64,000 bases of DNA from a virus (lineage: Duplodnaviria; Caudoviricetes): the IMG/VR virus record IMGVR_UViG_2852783553_000005, positions 820 to 64,819 of that record; one strand, 5' to 3'. A model generated the notes under the pieces. The model did no database searches and had not been told where the DNA came from. It saw only the letters and a program-made list of their open reading frames with translations. The position numbers and the translations under genes are program-made. This document shows positions 27,359 to 37,525 of the stretch, piece by piece. Position 1 is the stretch's first letter. Each line of letters starts with the position of its first letter.

Positions 27359-28062
27359 GGTTTTGGTTGAATTACCTTATCGATATCCCGCCGTAGAACA
27401 TGAAGATAACCTTTCAGCCAATCATCCATTCGAAACTTCGTAGCGTCAACCACTCCCAATAAGCCTCGGTCGAAGTCGATAACCATCCTATATCGAGACT
27501 CTCTAATTGGCTCTTCAAAAAAATCTGGATCCAGGTCCATCTCGAGCCGCAACTCCTCTGCCTTTAAGCGCAATACTGAAAAAGACGTTTTGTCCTCGAA
27601 ACGAAGCTGGACTTCCACTCCGTTACGCTCCCCGTCCATCGGCTGATCGAACACCCGCTCAGTGGGCCAGTTGACGAGTTTCAGGTCTAACAGAGCCTCA
27701 TTTGCCTCGCGCAGGGATTTGAATTTCCGGGCATACGCAGTTCGCGCACTAACGCGTGTCAATTCAGTCAGTTCGAGCATATCGCGCCACACCTCAAAGG
27801 TCTCTTTGATCTGATGTGTCCTTTGGGCGTCCAGCGATTTTTCACCTCGCAGAGTTATGGTGGACTGTTTAAGTCCGGTCTGAATCTGCACTCCCGTCGT
27901 CTGAAGCGTCTGTTGATTCGGTTGGCCATCCGCCAAGGCTAGCCCCGGCCATATTTTCGCGAGCCTAGATGAGATTTGCCCCGCACGATCCCAAAGAATG
28001 AAAGCCTCTGAATACTGGATTTGAATGATTGTTGTATGTAATTTGAAAGAATCCAAGATCAT
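27355..28062 (-). CDS. Hypothetical beta-rich protein, possibly TIGR04255-like
   Basis: RBS GGAG; IIQIQY, TRVSART.Y, VIDFD pattern. Confidence 0.6.
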   Translation of the reverse strand: MILDSFKLHTTIIQIQYSEAFILWDRAGQISSRLAKIWPGLALADGQPNQQTLQTTGVQIQTGLKQSTITLRGEKSLDAQRTHQIKETFEVWRDMLELTELTRVSARTAYARKFKSLREANEALLDLKLVNWPTERVFDQPMDGERNGVEVQLRFEDKTSFSVLRLKAEELRLEMDLDPDFFEEPIRESRYRMVIDFDRGLLGVVDATKFRMDDWLKGYLHVLRRDIDKVIQPKP

Positions 28063-28353
28063 AGGGGCATCTCCGCACACCTCCGATGTAAGCGCCAAAA
28101 GGCCGAGCAGCGCCATTCTACGCTTGGTCAGATTCACCATGAACGAGTGGTCGATTAACCCCCTGGAACCGTCAGATCGAGAGCGGCTGGTCACGACCGG
28201 CAAGTTGCGCGCGCAGACGAATGACAAGCATGGCGGATGACTTGCCGTTGCACACGAAGGCACTGATGACGGCTGCATTTCAAGAGCCGCGATCGCAGCG
28301 ATAGCGAGTCGATAACCACAGGCTGTCACCCGGCACCCAGCCCCACGTAAGGA

Positions 28354-29694
28354 TTAGGTTAATGAAGCGCTAAAGACGGTTGGCGCAAAGGCAGGATGAA
28401 CCGGTGCGGCCTGCTGTAGCAACGTGTCGTATCGCGCCACGTCCTGATAGAGCCGTTGAGCAAGGACAAGCAGCGGCATCGGCTCCGACGTGCTGACCGT
28501 CTGTATGCTCGCGAGCGACGCGCCACGCATGGTTACGTCCTGCACCACGGCAACCTCAAGCGCACGCAGCGCGGTAAAAGTCGCGTCGTTGCCCGCATCG
28601 CCTGCGGTCGTGATCTCCATATCAAGCGCATCGCATACCGTTGAACGCAAGGATTCGGCGTCCTCAAGCGAGGCGAGCGCATAACCGGTCGTGCTCTCCG
28701 CAAGCGCGATAACGGCGCTGCGACGGTACAGCAATGTCGTGAGCCGGTTTGCAACGGTGAGCGCCGCCGTCGCCCGCTTCTGCGGGTTGATGGACGACTG
28801 TAACGCGACAAGCGATTGCACGGCCTGATGCGGATCGGGATTCGCGTTCTGCACGGCTCCCACCAGCGTCCGTGTAGCGTCAGACATGCCGTGCCAGTCC
28901 GAGACGGCCGCAGCGCTCCTCAGCGCTTTCCCCGCGACGCCTACGGCGGTCCGCGCCTGCGCGCCCGCGCCGATCAGGTCCTGTATCGTCGTTGCTGGTT
29001 GCCGCACGGCGGCGGTGAACTGTCCCACGAACCGGCCATACCGGCCTTTGAGCGTCGCGACCATCGCAACGAGGCTCGTTGCGCGCTGCGTGATCGCCTG
29101 CGCCTCGACGACGAAGTTCTGCGCGGTGCGTCCGATCTCGCCGACCACGGCCGGTGACGACAGCACGGCGGAAACCGTGCTGAAGAAGTCCTGCGCCACT
29201 GCCGCGAATGCGGCGACGGCTGACAGGCCGGTCTGTGCCTGCGTCGCAATCGCCAGCGTCGGAAACTGCTGCGCGCCCGACTCGATGAACGAAAATCGCA
29301 GTTCAAAGTACCGGCCGCGCTCTGAACGTTCCTCGCACTCGAATTCAATCAGCGCGACATTCAGCCGCCCAAGCGACGGATGCACCAGTTCGCCATCGGC
29401 GCTGTCACTGTCTGCAGGCTGCTCGCATGCGCGGATCATCGCCGCGCGCTGCGCGATCACGTCGCCGCCGCCAGGGCTACCCAGATAGGCGGCATCCTGA
29501 AGCAGAAAACCGCTCAGGCTGATGCGCCGTCCTGCGCGTCCGAGGTCCTCGACCCATACTTCGTCGCGGTACGGATATTCGTGCGTGACGTTGCGACGGC
29601 CAACCTTCAGCGTCGAACCTGTCACACCGAACGGCACGCCCCGCCATGAGGCGGCCTGCAACGCGCTGAAGAACGGATACTCGGCCACAGCCAT
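28354..29694 (-). CDS. Mu gp43-like DNA circularisation protein
   Basis: ASWRGVPF, GRR...HEYPYRD..WVEDLGR, ELVHP.LG. Confidence 0.92.
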   Translation of the reverse strand: MAVAEYPFFSALQAASWRGVPFGVTGSTLKVGRRNVTHEYPYRDEVWVEDLGRAGRRISLSGFLLQDAAYLGSPGGGDVIAQRAAMIRACEQPADSDSADGELVHPSLGRLNVALIEFECEERSERGRYFELRFSFIESGAQQFPTLAIATQAQTGLSAVAAFAAVAQDFFSTVSAVLSSPAVVGEIGRTAQNFVVEAQAITQRATSLVAMVATLKGRYGRFVGQFTAAVRQPATTIQDLIGAGAQARTAVGVAGKALRSAAAVSDWHGMSDATRTLVGAVQNANPDPHQAVQSLVALQSSINPQKRATAALTVANRLTTLLYRRSAVIALAESTTGYALASLEDAESLRSTVCDALDMEITTAGDAGNDATFTALRALEVAVVQDVTMRGASLASIQTVSTSEPMPLLVLAQRLYQDVARYDTLLQQAAPVHPAFAPTVFSASLT

Positions 29695-29698
29695 CTAC

Positions 29699-31723
29699 CT
29701 AGCCGAGCGCTTCCATCGGTCGGGCGATCTTCAGACCCGCAGGCGTGCGCGTCTTCACAGTCACGCTGCCGTCGCGCGCGACGTGGACGTGGTTGTCAAC
29801 GTGGACGACCGGTGCGGGCGCGCTCTGCATGCCCGCCGCCGCGCCGGGGGCACTGAGCGAAGCCACGTCCATGCCCGGATCGAGCGACGGCATGTGCGCG
29901 AGGACGCCCGGCGCGTAGTTGCGCGTTTCGGCCGGGGCGTTGGCGAGTCCCTTGCGGTCCAGATTGCCTTCGCCCCAGTTATAGGCTGATAGCGCGTAGG
30001 TCAGATTGCCCTTGTAGCGCGCGAGCAGGCCGGACATCTTGCGCGCCGCGGCGTCGGCGGCCTGCGCTGGATTGAACGCGTCGATCCCGTATTCGCGCGC
30101 CGTCGCGGGCATGAACTGGAACAGTCCGCGCGCGCCGGCAGGACTCACCGCCACCGGGTTACCGCGCGATTCCTTCTGCGCGATGGCCGAAAGCAGTCCG
30201 ACAGGCAGACCATAGCGCGCTTCGGTTCCGGCGAAATTGAGTTTCTGTGCCCACTGCGCGACAGCAGGATTGAGTGGCGCCCCCATTTCGCCGGTTGCGC
30301 CCGCTGCGCCGGGTGCGGTCTCCGCACGCTGGACGTTTGCCGAACCGGGCCACACGCCACCCGTTGCCGCTTCGGCCGCCCGGATGCGCTTCAGTTGTTC
30401 ATCCTCGCCTGTGTTGAGGTGTTCGCTATGCAGACCCAGATACGCGCCAACGGTCGCAGGATTGACGAAGCGCAGCAGCCGGCCCGCCAGGCGTGCGAGC
30501 AGGCCGCCGCCCGCTGCTGCCCCCGCACCCGTCATCGCCTCGGCTGCCATGCCTGCCGCTGCACCGATGCCGGTCAATGCGCGCGCGAGCATGAAGCCCC
30601 TGACCGCGAGCATTGCAATGCTGCCGAAAGCCGAAGCAATCGACGCAATGAATCCGCCCGTCATGTACAGGGCCAGCGCTGCGGCGGCGACCTTCCAGCC
30701 GCCAATGGCCTCCACCGCGTCACCGACCCACGAAGCGAAGCCGATCAGGCCGGTCACAGCCTCCGTGACGCCCTGCGCAAACCTGTTCCAATCGACCGAG
30801 GCGAGCCAGCGTGCAAGCCGTTGCGCAAGTTCCGCGATACGCTGCGCAACCAGTTCGCGGTTCTTCGCAATCCATTCTGTAAAGCGGTCGATCATTGGGC
30901 CAAGTACCGGCGCGAGACTGTCTGCAATCGATGCTTTGAGCCCATCGGCTGCCGTACGCATCCGGTCGAGCGACAGGGCGAACGCCTGCGCACGCGCGGC
31001 CATCTGCGGGGTAAAGTCACCGCGTAGCCGCCGCGCTTCGGCCTCATACGCCTGCATGCCCCGGCGACCGCGAACGAGGACCGGCAGAAGCTGCTCGACG
31101 CCGAGCGAGCGCGCCAGATTGCGTGCCGCAGCCGGGTCCGCGTGCTGGATTCTCTGGATACGATCCGCGAGCTCATGGAGCGCGGCCTGCGTATCGGTTG
31201 CGCCGGTCTTCGTTGTGCGCAACGCAATGCCGAGCGCCTGGATCGTCGCGAACGCGGCCTGATTGCGTCCCCAGCGTGCATCCTGCAACGTGTCTGCGAA
31301 GCCACGAAAGCCCGAGGTCATCGTATCGGCAGACACGCCCATCAGCGTCGCCGCGCTGCGCATCTGCGTGAGTTCGCCCGCCGTGATGCCGAGCAGTCGC
31401 GCGGTGCGTTCCGTTTCCGCGCCCATGCGCTCCCACTGCACAACGAGGTCAGCCAGACCCGCGAGCGTACCGCCACCGACCAGCGCGAGCAGCGGCGCAC
31501 CGATGCGCGTCACACTCGCCGCCGCCTTGCCTGCCTTCTGCGCGACAGCTTCCAGCCGCTTGCCAACTTCAGTCAGCCCCGACGCCTTCGAGAACCGTTG
31601 CACGCTGCGCGCGAGGTTCTGGTATGGGCGCGTCATGCGCGACACTGAATCGTTGATCCGGTTGATTGTCCTCGTCGCCCTGTCAACGGTCGAGATGGTG
31701 AACTGGATTGCCTGCGCTGCCAT
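29699..31723 (-). CDS. Tape measure protein with SLT lytic transglycosylase domain
   Basis: Ala-rich helical body; ES.G.P.AVS.AGA.GLFQFMP.TA, AYNWGEG. Confidence 0.88.
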   Translation of the reverse strand: MAAQAIQFTISTVDRATRTINRINDSVSRMTRPYQNLARSVQRFSKASGLTEVGKRLEAVAQKAGKAAASVTRIGAPLLALVGGGTLAGLADLVVQWERMGAETERTARLLGITAGELTQMRSAATLMGVSADTMTSGFRGFADTLQDARWGRNQAAFATIQALGIALRTTKTGATDTQAALHELADRIQRIQHADPAAARNLARSLGVEQLLPVLVRGRRGMQAYEAEARRLRGDFTPQMAARAQAFALSLDRMRTAADGLKASIADSLAPVLGPMIDRFTEWIAKNRELVAQRIAELAQRLARWLASVDWNRFAQGVTEAVTGLIGFASWVGDAVEAIGGWKVAAAALALYMTGGFIASIASAFGSIAMLAVRGFMLARALTGIGAAAGMAAEAMTGAGAAAGGGLLARLAGRLLRFVNPATVGAYLGLHSEHLNTGEDEQLKRIRAAEAATGGVWPGSANVQRAETAPGAAGATGEMGAPLNPAVAQWAQKLNFAGTEARYGLPVGLLSAIAQKESRGNPVAVSPAGARGLFQFMPATAREYGIDAFNPAQAADAAARKMSGLLARYKGNLTYALSAYNWGEGNLDRKGLANAPAETRNYAPGVLAHMPSLDPGMDVASLSAPGAAAGMQSAPAPVVHVDNHVHVARDGSVTVKTRTPAGLKIARPMEALG

Positions 31724-31727
31724 TGCC

Positions 31728-32131
31728 TTACCCCTGGCGGCGTTTCTCTGCGGCCTGCTGCGCAACGTGCTGGATGCGTCGCGCCTGCGCGAGCCATTGC
31801 GCGAGTTCAGCCCACGTCAGCGCGCCCGCGTCGCGCGGCCCCCATCCATAGAAGTGCGTCACATCGGCCACGATATCGCGCACGTTCGCGGGCACTACTC
31901 GAAAAAACCGGAGAGGTACTTGTTGCACGCGTTGAAGTCGCGCGCACCCATGCGGCCCACGGTCGCAACGTCGATCTTTGCCATCGTTGCGATCAGGTTC
32001 TTCATCGCGCGCACGTTGCCGAACTTCGCTGCGTCGTCGTTGACCTTCGCGATTTCATCGACCGTAGGTTCGCGCAGCGTGATCTCAGTCAGTCCGTCGA
32101 TGGGGCTCAGTAGCGTAATGACTTCGTACAT
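31728..32131 (-). CDS. Tail assembly chaperone (31895-32131) and -1 frameshift extension product (to 31728)
   Basis: ITLREPT..., ends SGFFE*; -1 frame continues FFRVVPANVRDIVADVTHFYGWGP (GpE'-like). Confidence 0.8.
31901..31907 (-). other. Programmed -1 ribosomal frameshift site T TTT TTC
   Basis: Slippery heptamer at the 3' end of the chaperone gene, in the canonical position before tape measure. Confidence 0.75.
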
Positions 32132-32152
32132 GGCGCGCCCCTTACTGTTCGC

Positions 32153-32527
32153 TTATTGCTCCGTGACGCTGCCCGAGAAGCCCTCGAAGCGGATTTCGAA
32201 CGTCGCTTCCGGGGTTCTGACTTCCTGCGCCTCGGTGCTCCACATATTGCGGCCGACGACCGTCTTGCCGTTCGCCAGTTCGAGCGTGACCGTGACGTTG
32301 GTCATGGCGTTGAAGTCCTTGACCGTCAGCGTACCTGCGTCGCGCAGCGTCGCGGAAATGAACGGCGCGCGCGGCTTCTCTGCGTAGCCGTGAACGCGGT
32401 CCTGTCCGACCATTGACTCGCGTTCGTAGTCGGCGGGCGAATACGCCAGTTCGCCGGACAGCATGTAGTTCTGGCCGTCCATCGATATCCATGCGACACC
32501 GGCCAGGCGATTTGTGTCATCTGACAT
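32153..32527 (-). CDS. Tail tube protein (Mu gpM-like)
   Basis: RLAG.A.I..DG, RES..G.D.VHGY.E.P. Confidence 0.88.
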   Translation of the reverse strand: MSDDTNRLAGVAWISMDGQNYMLSGELAYSPADYERESMVGQDRVHGYAEKPRAPFISATLRDAGTLTVKDFNAMTNVTVTLELANGKTVVGRNMWSTEAQEVRTPEATFEIRFEGFSGSVTEQ

Positions 32528-32608
32528 GGCGGGCTCCAGAAATGAAAAAGCCGCCGGGGCGGTTCGCCGGGGCGGCCTGGTGCGGTTCAGTGCTGCGGTT
32601 CGGAATGA

Positions 32609-34099
32609 CTAGCTGAGCCTGAATTGCGCGAGCAGGGCAAAAATCCGGAGCTGGTCGATCAGCGTTCCGGGCCACAGACAGTCAACGCGATTCGGGTTAT
32701 GCGCGTTCTGCTCGACAATGAGTTGCCGCGCGAACAGTGCGCTGTTCTGCACGTAGCCATCGAATTCGAGTTCCTGATACCGGGCGATCACGTCTGCGCG
32801 TATCAGCAGCGGTGTGACGATGGCGCTACCGGATGCGAAGCGCGTGCCGTCCGCGGCGAGCTTCATGCGTGAATACTTCGATGTGACCATCGAGCGCAGC
32901 GCACGCAGCACGTACATCAGCAGAAACATCGTTTCGACTTCGAGGTAACTGTCATCGGGATCGCCCCACGGATTCTTCTGGTAGGTCGTCGTGATGTTCT
33001 CGGCATAGCAGGTGCCGTCATCGCCAACATTGAACGTGCTGATACCGTCATAGAGCAGCGTGTTGCGCTCGGTGAGCAGGAAGCGCGAGGCAACCGGCGG
33101 CGCGAGCATGCCGCGAATCGGTAGCGTCTGGACCGGACGCCCCGGATCATTGCGCAGCGCGGGCGCGACCGAGCCGGCAAGCTGCGCGGCGACGATCCAT
33201 GCGGGTGTGGGCGAATCATGGAACCCAAGCACCGATTCATGCTGATTGTTGCGGCCCGCGCCGAATGTCGTACACGCCGCGAGCGTCCCCCGGTACGCGG
33301 CGAAGGCATGGCCGTAAATCTGCTGGGCCCACGACCAGCGCCCGGTCTGATCGTTCAGGAACGTATGCAGTGCATCGAGGCTGACGCTATCGGTATGGGG
33401 GCAGACGATGAAGTCGAATGGCATGTCGCCACAGTTATCGAGCGCGGCCTGTAGCGTGTCGGTCGGATTGATCGCGCCGCCCGCCATCGGCGTGATGGCT
33501 ATGTCCAGATTGAGCGGCGTCGATTCGCCTGCGCGTGAGCCGCCGTAATTCAGGCGCACGTCAATTTCATTGCCCACCATGCCCGCATTGATGGCGGTCA
33601 GCGTGACTACGTTGTCATGAGCCGATGCGCTCACCAGCCCGAACGCATCTGCAGCAACGAGTGTGGCGAGCGCTTCCGCGATGTCGGCCGCGCTCTGCGT
33701 GGCCTGCACCGGCAACTGGTAGCGCCGACCGGCGATATAAAGCGAGATGACGCCCGAGACGCCGGCGTCGGCTTCGATGTTGAGCGTGACCGTTCCACTT
33801 GCGGCCACCGCGCCGGTTGCGTCCTTGAGCGCCAGATACCAGACTTCGCCGAAGGAGTCGGCCGCGCGATAGGCAGCGGTCATCGCGGCGAGCATCGAAT
33901 TGCTGCCCCACCGTGCGCGCGCGTCACCCACGCCCGCGCTGATAACGGGCGTGCCCGGCTCGCCGGTTCCCGCGTCGGTCATCTGCCCGATAATCAGCGT
34001 GCGCTGGTTGAGCTGGGCGCTGTTCGCCTGTGACGCGTCGAGCTCCGCGTAGAACAGCGGGACGCGGATGTTCTCAGGCAGGTTGGTAAAGGGAATCAT
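32609..34099 (-). CDS. Contractile tail sheath protein (Mu gpL-like)
   Basis: RVPLFYAE.D.S.A, DP.RP.QTL, LL..GIST, PNRVD, QLRIFA. Confidence 0.93.
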   Translation of the reverse strand: MIPFTNLPENIRVPLFYAELDASQANSAQLNQRTLIIGQMTDAGTGEPGTPVISAGVGDARARWGSNSMLAAMTAAYRAADSFGEVWYLALKDATGAVAASGTVTLNIEADAGVSGVISLYIAGRRYQLPVQATQSAADIAEALATLVAADAFGLVSASAHDNVVTLTAINAGMVGNEIDVRLNYGGSRAGESTPLNLDIAITPMAGGAINPTDTLQAALDNCGDMPFDFIVCPHTDSVSLDALHTFLNDQTGRWSWAQQIYGHAFAAYRGTLAACTTFGAGRNNQHESVLGFHDSPTPAWIVAAQLAGSVAPALRNDPGRPVQTLPIRGMLAPPVASRFLLTERNTLLYDGISTFNVGDDGTCYAENITTTYQKNPWGDPDDSYLEVETMFLLMYVLRALRSMVTSKYSRMKLAADGTRFASGSAIVTPLLIRADVIARYQELEFDGYVQNSALFARQLIVEQNAHNPNRVDCLWPGTLIDQLRIFALLAQFRLS

Positions 34100-34249
34100 G
34101 GGAGCAACCTCCCGGGAAGGTGGGCGCGAACCGGAGACGGAAACGGACGCAGAACGGCCCGGGCGGGCCGTGGTGGGGCTCGCGCGATCGTCTTGAGGGA
34201 TTGCGCGGGAAGCGCGCGCAGCGGCAGGCAGCGGCGCAGAAGGCGCGTG

Positions 34250-34486
34250 TTACGTCGGGTCGGTGGCTTTGGGTTCGCGCGTGCGGTGTGATGCGCGCCG
34301 CGTCGCGTCGGGCTCGTCTGGCGTGTCCGGGATGGTGGGCGGCTCATCCGCGACCGGCACCACGTCACCATCGCGGAAACGGCGACGCCAGTACACCGAA
34401 TCGGGTACGACGCGCCCCGCGTCGGGCAGGAAGTCGCGCAGGTCGGGATCGCGCACCCGCATGCCGGTTGCTGGCCTGATGTGCAT
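34250..34486 (-). CDS. DUF2635 (Mu gp38-like) protein
   Basis: G..VRDP....LP..G..VP...YW.RR...GDV. Confidence 0.8.
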   Translation of the reverse strand: MHIRPATGMRVRDPDLRDFLPDAGRVVPDSVYWRRRFRDGDVVPVADEPPTIPDTPDEPDATRRASHRTREPKATDPT

Positions 34487-34487
34487 G

Positions 34488-35171
34488 TCAGTTCCCCTTT
34501 AACGGAACGTCAAGCCGGCCCTCGTCGCGTCCATCAGGGCCGTGCGTACGCGGCGCGGGGACGACCGCCTGCGGGAACGGCGGCGCGGGATACGTGCCGG
34601 TCGGGTCGGCGCGATTGGTGAGGTCCGCGTGCAGGCCCACGCTTTCGAGCGGTGCGGGCGCAGGCGGATCGAGCGGCCAGGGCGCCGGCTGCGGCTGCTC
34701 AACCGTGGGGTCGTACATTTCGGGAAACTCGCAGCGGAAGGACGCCGCGATACCGGCGAGGTGACGCGCACCTTCCGCGCGGATATCCAGCACGCTTTCG
34801 ACCGTCGCGAACTGCTGCAGCATGCGTACAAGCGACCAGTCGAGCAGTAGCGCGTTTTCGACGGCGTACCAGAGCGATTCAATGGCGTCCTGTGCGGCTT
34901 CGCCCGTCGCCGCCTCGACCATCGCCTTGACTTCGAGGCTGCATGTCGTGGTGAACTGCGGCATGCCGCGATTGAATGAGGATTTCGATTCGTGCGCGGT
35001 ACGCACGATGACCGCAGGCAGCACGTCAGACGGCGCGGCCCAGTCGCCCGGCGAGCGGATCAGGACCGGCCGGCCGGCGACCCGAAGCGCTGCGCGCTGC
35101 AGTGCGCCAAGCGCGGCGAGACGCACCTGACGACGCCCAAGCATCGGCAACGCAATGCGGACGCGGGGCAT
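34488..35171 (-). CDS. Neck / tail-terminator-like protein
   Basis: Homologue of 9766-10419; between head-tail joiner and sheath. Confidence 0.7.
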   Translation of the reverse strand: MPRVRIALPMLGRRQVRLAALGALQRAALRVAGRPVLIRSPGDWAAPSDVLPAVIVRTAHESKSSFNRGMPQFTTTCSLEVKAMVEAATGEAAQDAIESLWYAVENALLLDWSLVRMLQQFATVESVLDIRAEGARHLAGIAASFRCEFPEMYDPTVEQPQPAPWPLDPPAPAPLESVGLHADLTNRADPTGTYPAPPFPQAVVPAPRTHGPDGRDEGRLDVPLKGN

Positions 35172-35180
35172 ACACGTAAC

Positions 35181-35516
35181 TCAGGGAGCGAGGTTCAGCA
35201 GCAGGAAACACCACCCATGTCCATCCGTACGGACTTCGCGGACGACATAGGTCGTGTCACTGAGTGGCGCACCGGGCGCGGCCGGAATGAACAGCGTGTC
35301 GCCCTGGTGCGCAGTAACGGGAAGTGTTGCCACGCGAAAGCCGTAGCATGGGCGTGTCGTGGTCACCGGTACGCCGTCGACCACATCCACGTTCGTAAAG
35401 GCTTCGTCAAACACGCCGTTAAGCGCATGCGCGTTACCGCTTCCCGCGTAGAGCGTCGCGGGCTGGCCGAAGATGCCTTCGACGGGCGCAAGCACCACGC
35501 TATCCCAATCGATCAT
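35181..35516 (-). CDS. Head-tail joining protein
   Basis: GVFDEAF, QGDTL, YVVREVRTDGHG. Confidence 0.78.
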   Translation of the reverse strand: MIDWDSVVLAPVEGIFGQPATLYAGSGNAHALNGVFDEAFTNVDVVDGVPVTTTRPCYGFRVATLPVTAHQGDTLFIPAAPGAPLSDTTYVVREVRTDGHGWCFLLLNLAP

Positions 35517-35528
35517 GACCGCGCCCGC

Positions 35529-36680
35529 TCAGGCATGCGCCGCCGTACTGGCTGCGTCTGCCGGTTGTTCAGTCGTCGCGGACGGGTCTTCCAGTGGGGT
35601 GCGGGCAGTGCCGGCCGTTGTCGCTTCGAGCATGCGACCGGACAGCAGCACTTCGGGCCGCGTGCAGACATAGAGCGGGTACGCATACGCTTCCATCTTC
35701 CACCACATGCGCCGCAGCACATCGAAGATCGGCAGCACATATACGGGCCGTCCCGGCGTGTTGACCCAATCGACGGTTTCGCCCGGTGCCATCGCTTCGC
35801 GGAATACACCGGGCGCGCCGACCGGGAAGAACTTCACCACGTCATCAGGAACCTTGATGGTCACGTTGTCGTCCGAGCCGCGATAGTTGAACCATGTAAT
35901 GCCGGAGAACACGAACGCATCGAACGCGGCACCCTGCGAGTTGTCGCGCAGTGCGCGCGCATCGGACCAGTTCACGAACGTACGGATCACGTCCGGGTGA
36001 TTGACGAACGCGTCATAGAAAGCATCGCCGCACATCGCGTAGACGCGCGTGGTCGGCGTGAATGCGCCCTGCGACTTGCGCGCCATCGTACGGATGATCG
36101 CGTTGCAGATCGGCCGCAAGGGTGTGTTCGCCTTGCCTGCCTCGGTCGCGCCCAGATCGAACGGCGTTTCGGCGGCCTGCGGAATCTGGAATTCATCGAA
36201 CCAGTTGTAGAGCACGCTGCCGTCCTTCGGATCGAGCACCAGACCCTGCAGCGCGGCGAGCCTCAGGAATTCCTTCGTGTACTCGACGCTCGCCAGCAGA
36301 CCGGTTGGCCCTGACAGTCGCCGCGCAACTTCGGCCTCGACCTGCATCAGTACGGATTCCGTACCGAACTCGCGGATGCCCTGTACTTCCTCGGCGTACA
36401 CCGTGTCCGAGTGCATCAGGCGCGGCACGTCGAAATAGCGCATCTTGCGACGTTCGGTCGTGCGCTGCGTGCCTTCCTCGCCGCGCTGGGAGAACGGGAT
36501 CAGGATCAGCTTGCCGGTGCGTTCCTCGACTGCCAGCGCTTTCGTGCGGATCGGGTTGGGATCGAATACGCCCAGCTCGCCGAGGCCGACAGGCTGGTAC
36601 GGGTTGCGCTGAACGGCGTCGGAGAGCGCAATCGCCGTGAACGGGTCCTGATGGAATACATCGAGAATTTCGCCAGCCAT
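35529..36680 (-). CDS. Major capsid protein (gpE-like family)
   Basis: LDVF..D.F....L, T.E..RL.ALQG, PL..CTRPEVL. Confidence 0.88.
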   Translation of the reverse strand: MAGEILDVFHQDPFTAIALSDAVQRNPYQPVGLGELGVFDPNPIRTKALAVEERTGKLILIPFSQRGEEGTQRTTERRKMRYFDVPRLMHSDTVYAEEVQGIREFGTESVLMQVEAEVARRLSGPTGLLASVEYTKEFLRLAALQGLVLDPKDGSVLYNWFDEFQIPQAAETPFDLGATEAGKANTPLRPICNAIIRTMARKSQGAFTPTTRVYAMCGDAFYDAFVNHPDVIRTFVNWSDARALRDNSQGAAFDAFVFSGITWFNYRGSDDNVTIKVPDDVVKFFPVGAPGVFREAMAPGETVDWVNTPGRPVYVLPIFDVLRRMWWKMEAYAYPLYVCTRPEVLLSGRMLEATTAGTARTPLEDPSATTEQPADAASTAAHA

Positions 36681-36753
36681 GATGACGGCTCCCCAAAAGA
36701 AAAGACCGCCCCGGACCAGAGTCCGTGCGGCCTTGCGAGGAAGGAAAGGGGTA

Positions 36754-37479
36754 CTAGCGCAACAGGATGCCTGCGGCGCGCAACTGGTCGCCCGCGATCT
36801 GCATCTGGTACGGCGTCGCGTCCGACGGCCAGACGAGCTCCGATGCGTTCACTTCTGCGTCGCGCACGATCGCGACGGCCGCGCGATCCATCCGCGTCGT
36901 ATCGCGCGAGCCGAACAGCAGACCCGCCACGACTTCGGAGCCATCAGTCGCGGCGGGATTCCAGGGCATCCAGATACCGGGCGTGCCGATATCGGATGGA
37001 TCGGCAGCAGTGAACGTGATCGCGAAGGTATCGCCCGCAGCGAAGCGCTTTGCGCCCTGTTCGATGACGAAGCTCAGGCCGCCGACGACGACCGGCGCCC
37101 CGGTCTGCTGCGCAGTCGCGCCCAGTTCATCGGGTCCGCTCACGTCGAACGTGTTGCGGCTCGTGAAGGTGCAGACGTAGCGGCCATACGGCGACGAGCT
37201 GGCACGCGGCGGATCGGTGATCCGCAAGACACCGTCGCCGGTGTTCTCGCGCTCCGGCGTGCCTGCGACGACCGACGCGGCCCCCGCATCGCCCCTTGCG
37301 TCACTGCCTGGCGGCGGTGGCGGAGGCAAGGCAAGGCGGCTGAGAATGGTCCCGGCCATGACATACACACCACCCGTCAGGACGATGCCGTCGCGCGAGC
37401 GATGGCCGTTCGCTTCGGAGACGAGAAAGCCGCCGTCATGCCAGTTCTCAAAGAGCGGCGGGACAGTAGGAGCGCCCAT
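36754..37479 (-). CDS. Head decoration protein with internal insertion
   Basis: FLVSEANGHRSRD, A.DGSE...G.L, RDAEV...L.WP. Confidence 0.8.
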   Translation of the reverse strand: MGAPTVPPLFENWHDGGFLVSEANGHRSRDGIVLTGGVYVMAGTILSRLALPPPPPPGSDARGDAGAASVVAGTPERENTGDGVLRITDPPRASSSPYGRYVCTFTSRNTFDVSGPDELGATAQQTGAPVVVGGLSFVIEQGAKRFAAGDTFAITFTAADPSDIGTPGIWMPWNPAATDGSEVVAGLLFGSRDTTRMDRAAVAIVRDAEVNASELVWPSDATPYQMQIAGDQLRAAGILLR

Positions 37480-37525
37480 GATCGTGACCCCTTGTAATGG
37501 AATGGATGAAAACGCGGCACGCGCA

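Noticed and set aside
31728-32131. Frameshifted pseudogene or sequencing error
   Set aside because: Canonical programmed -1 frameshift of tail assembly chaperones
17372-34099. T6SS, tailocin or eCIS
   Set aside because: The tail genes are contiguous with a complete head/packaging module inside att sites; no TssJLM or ClpV
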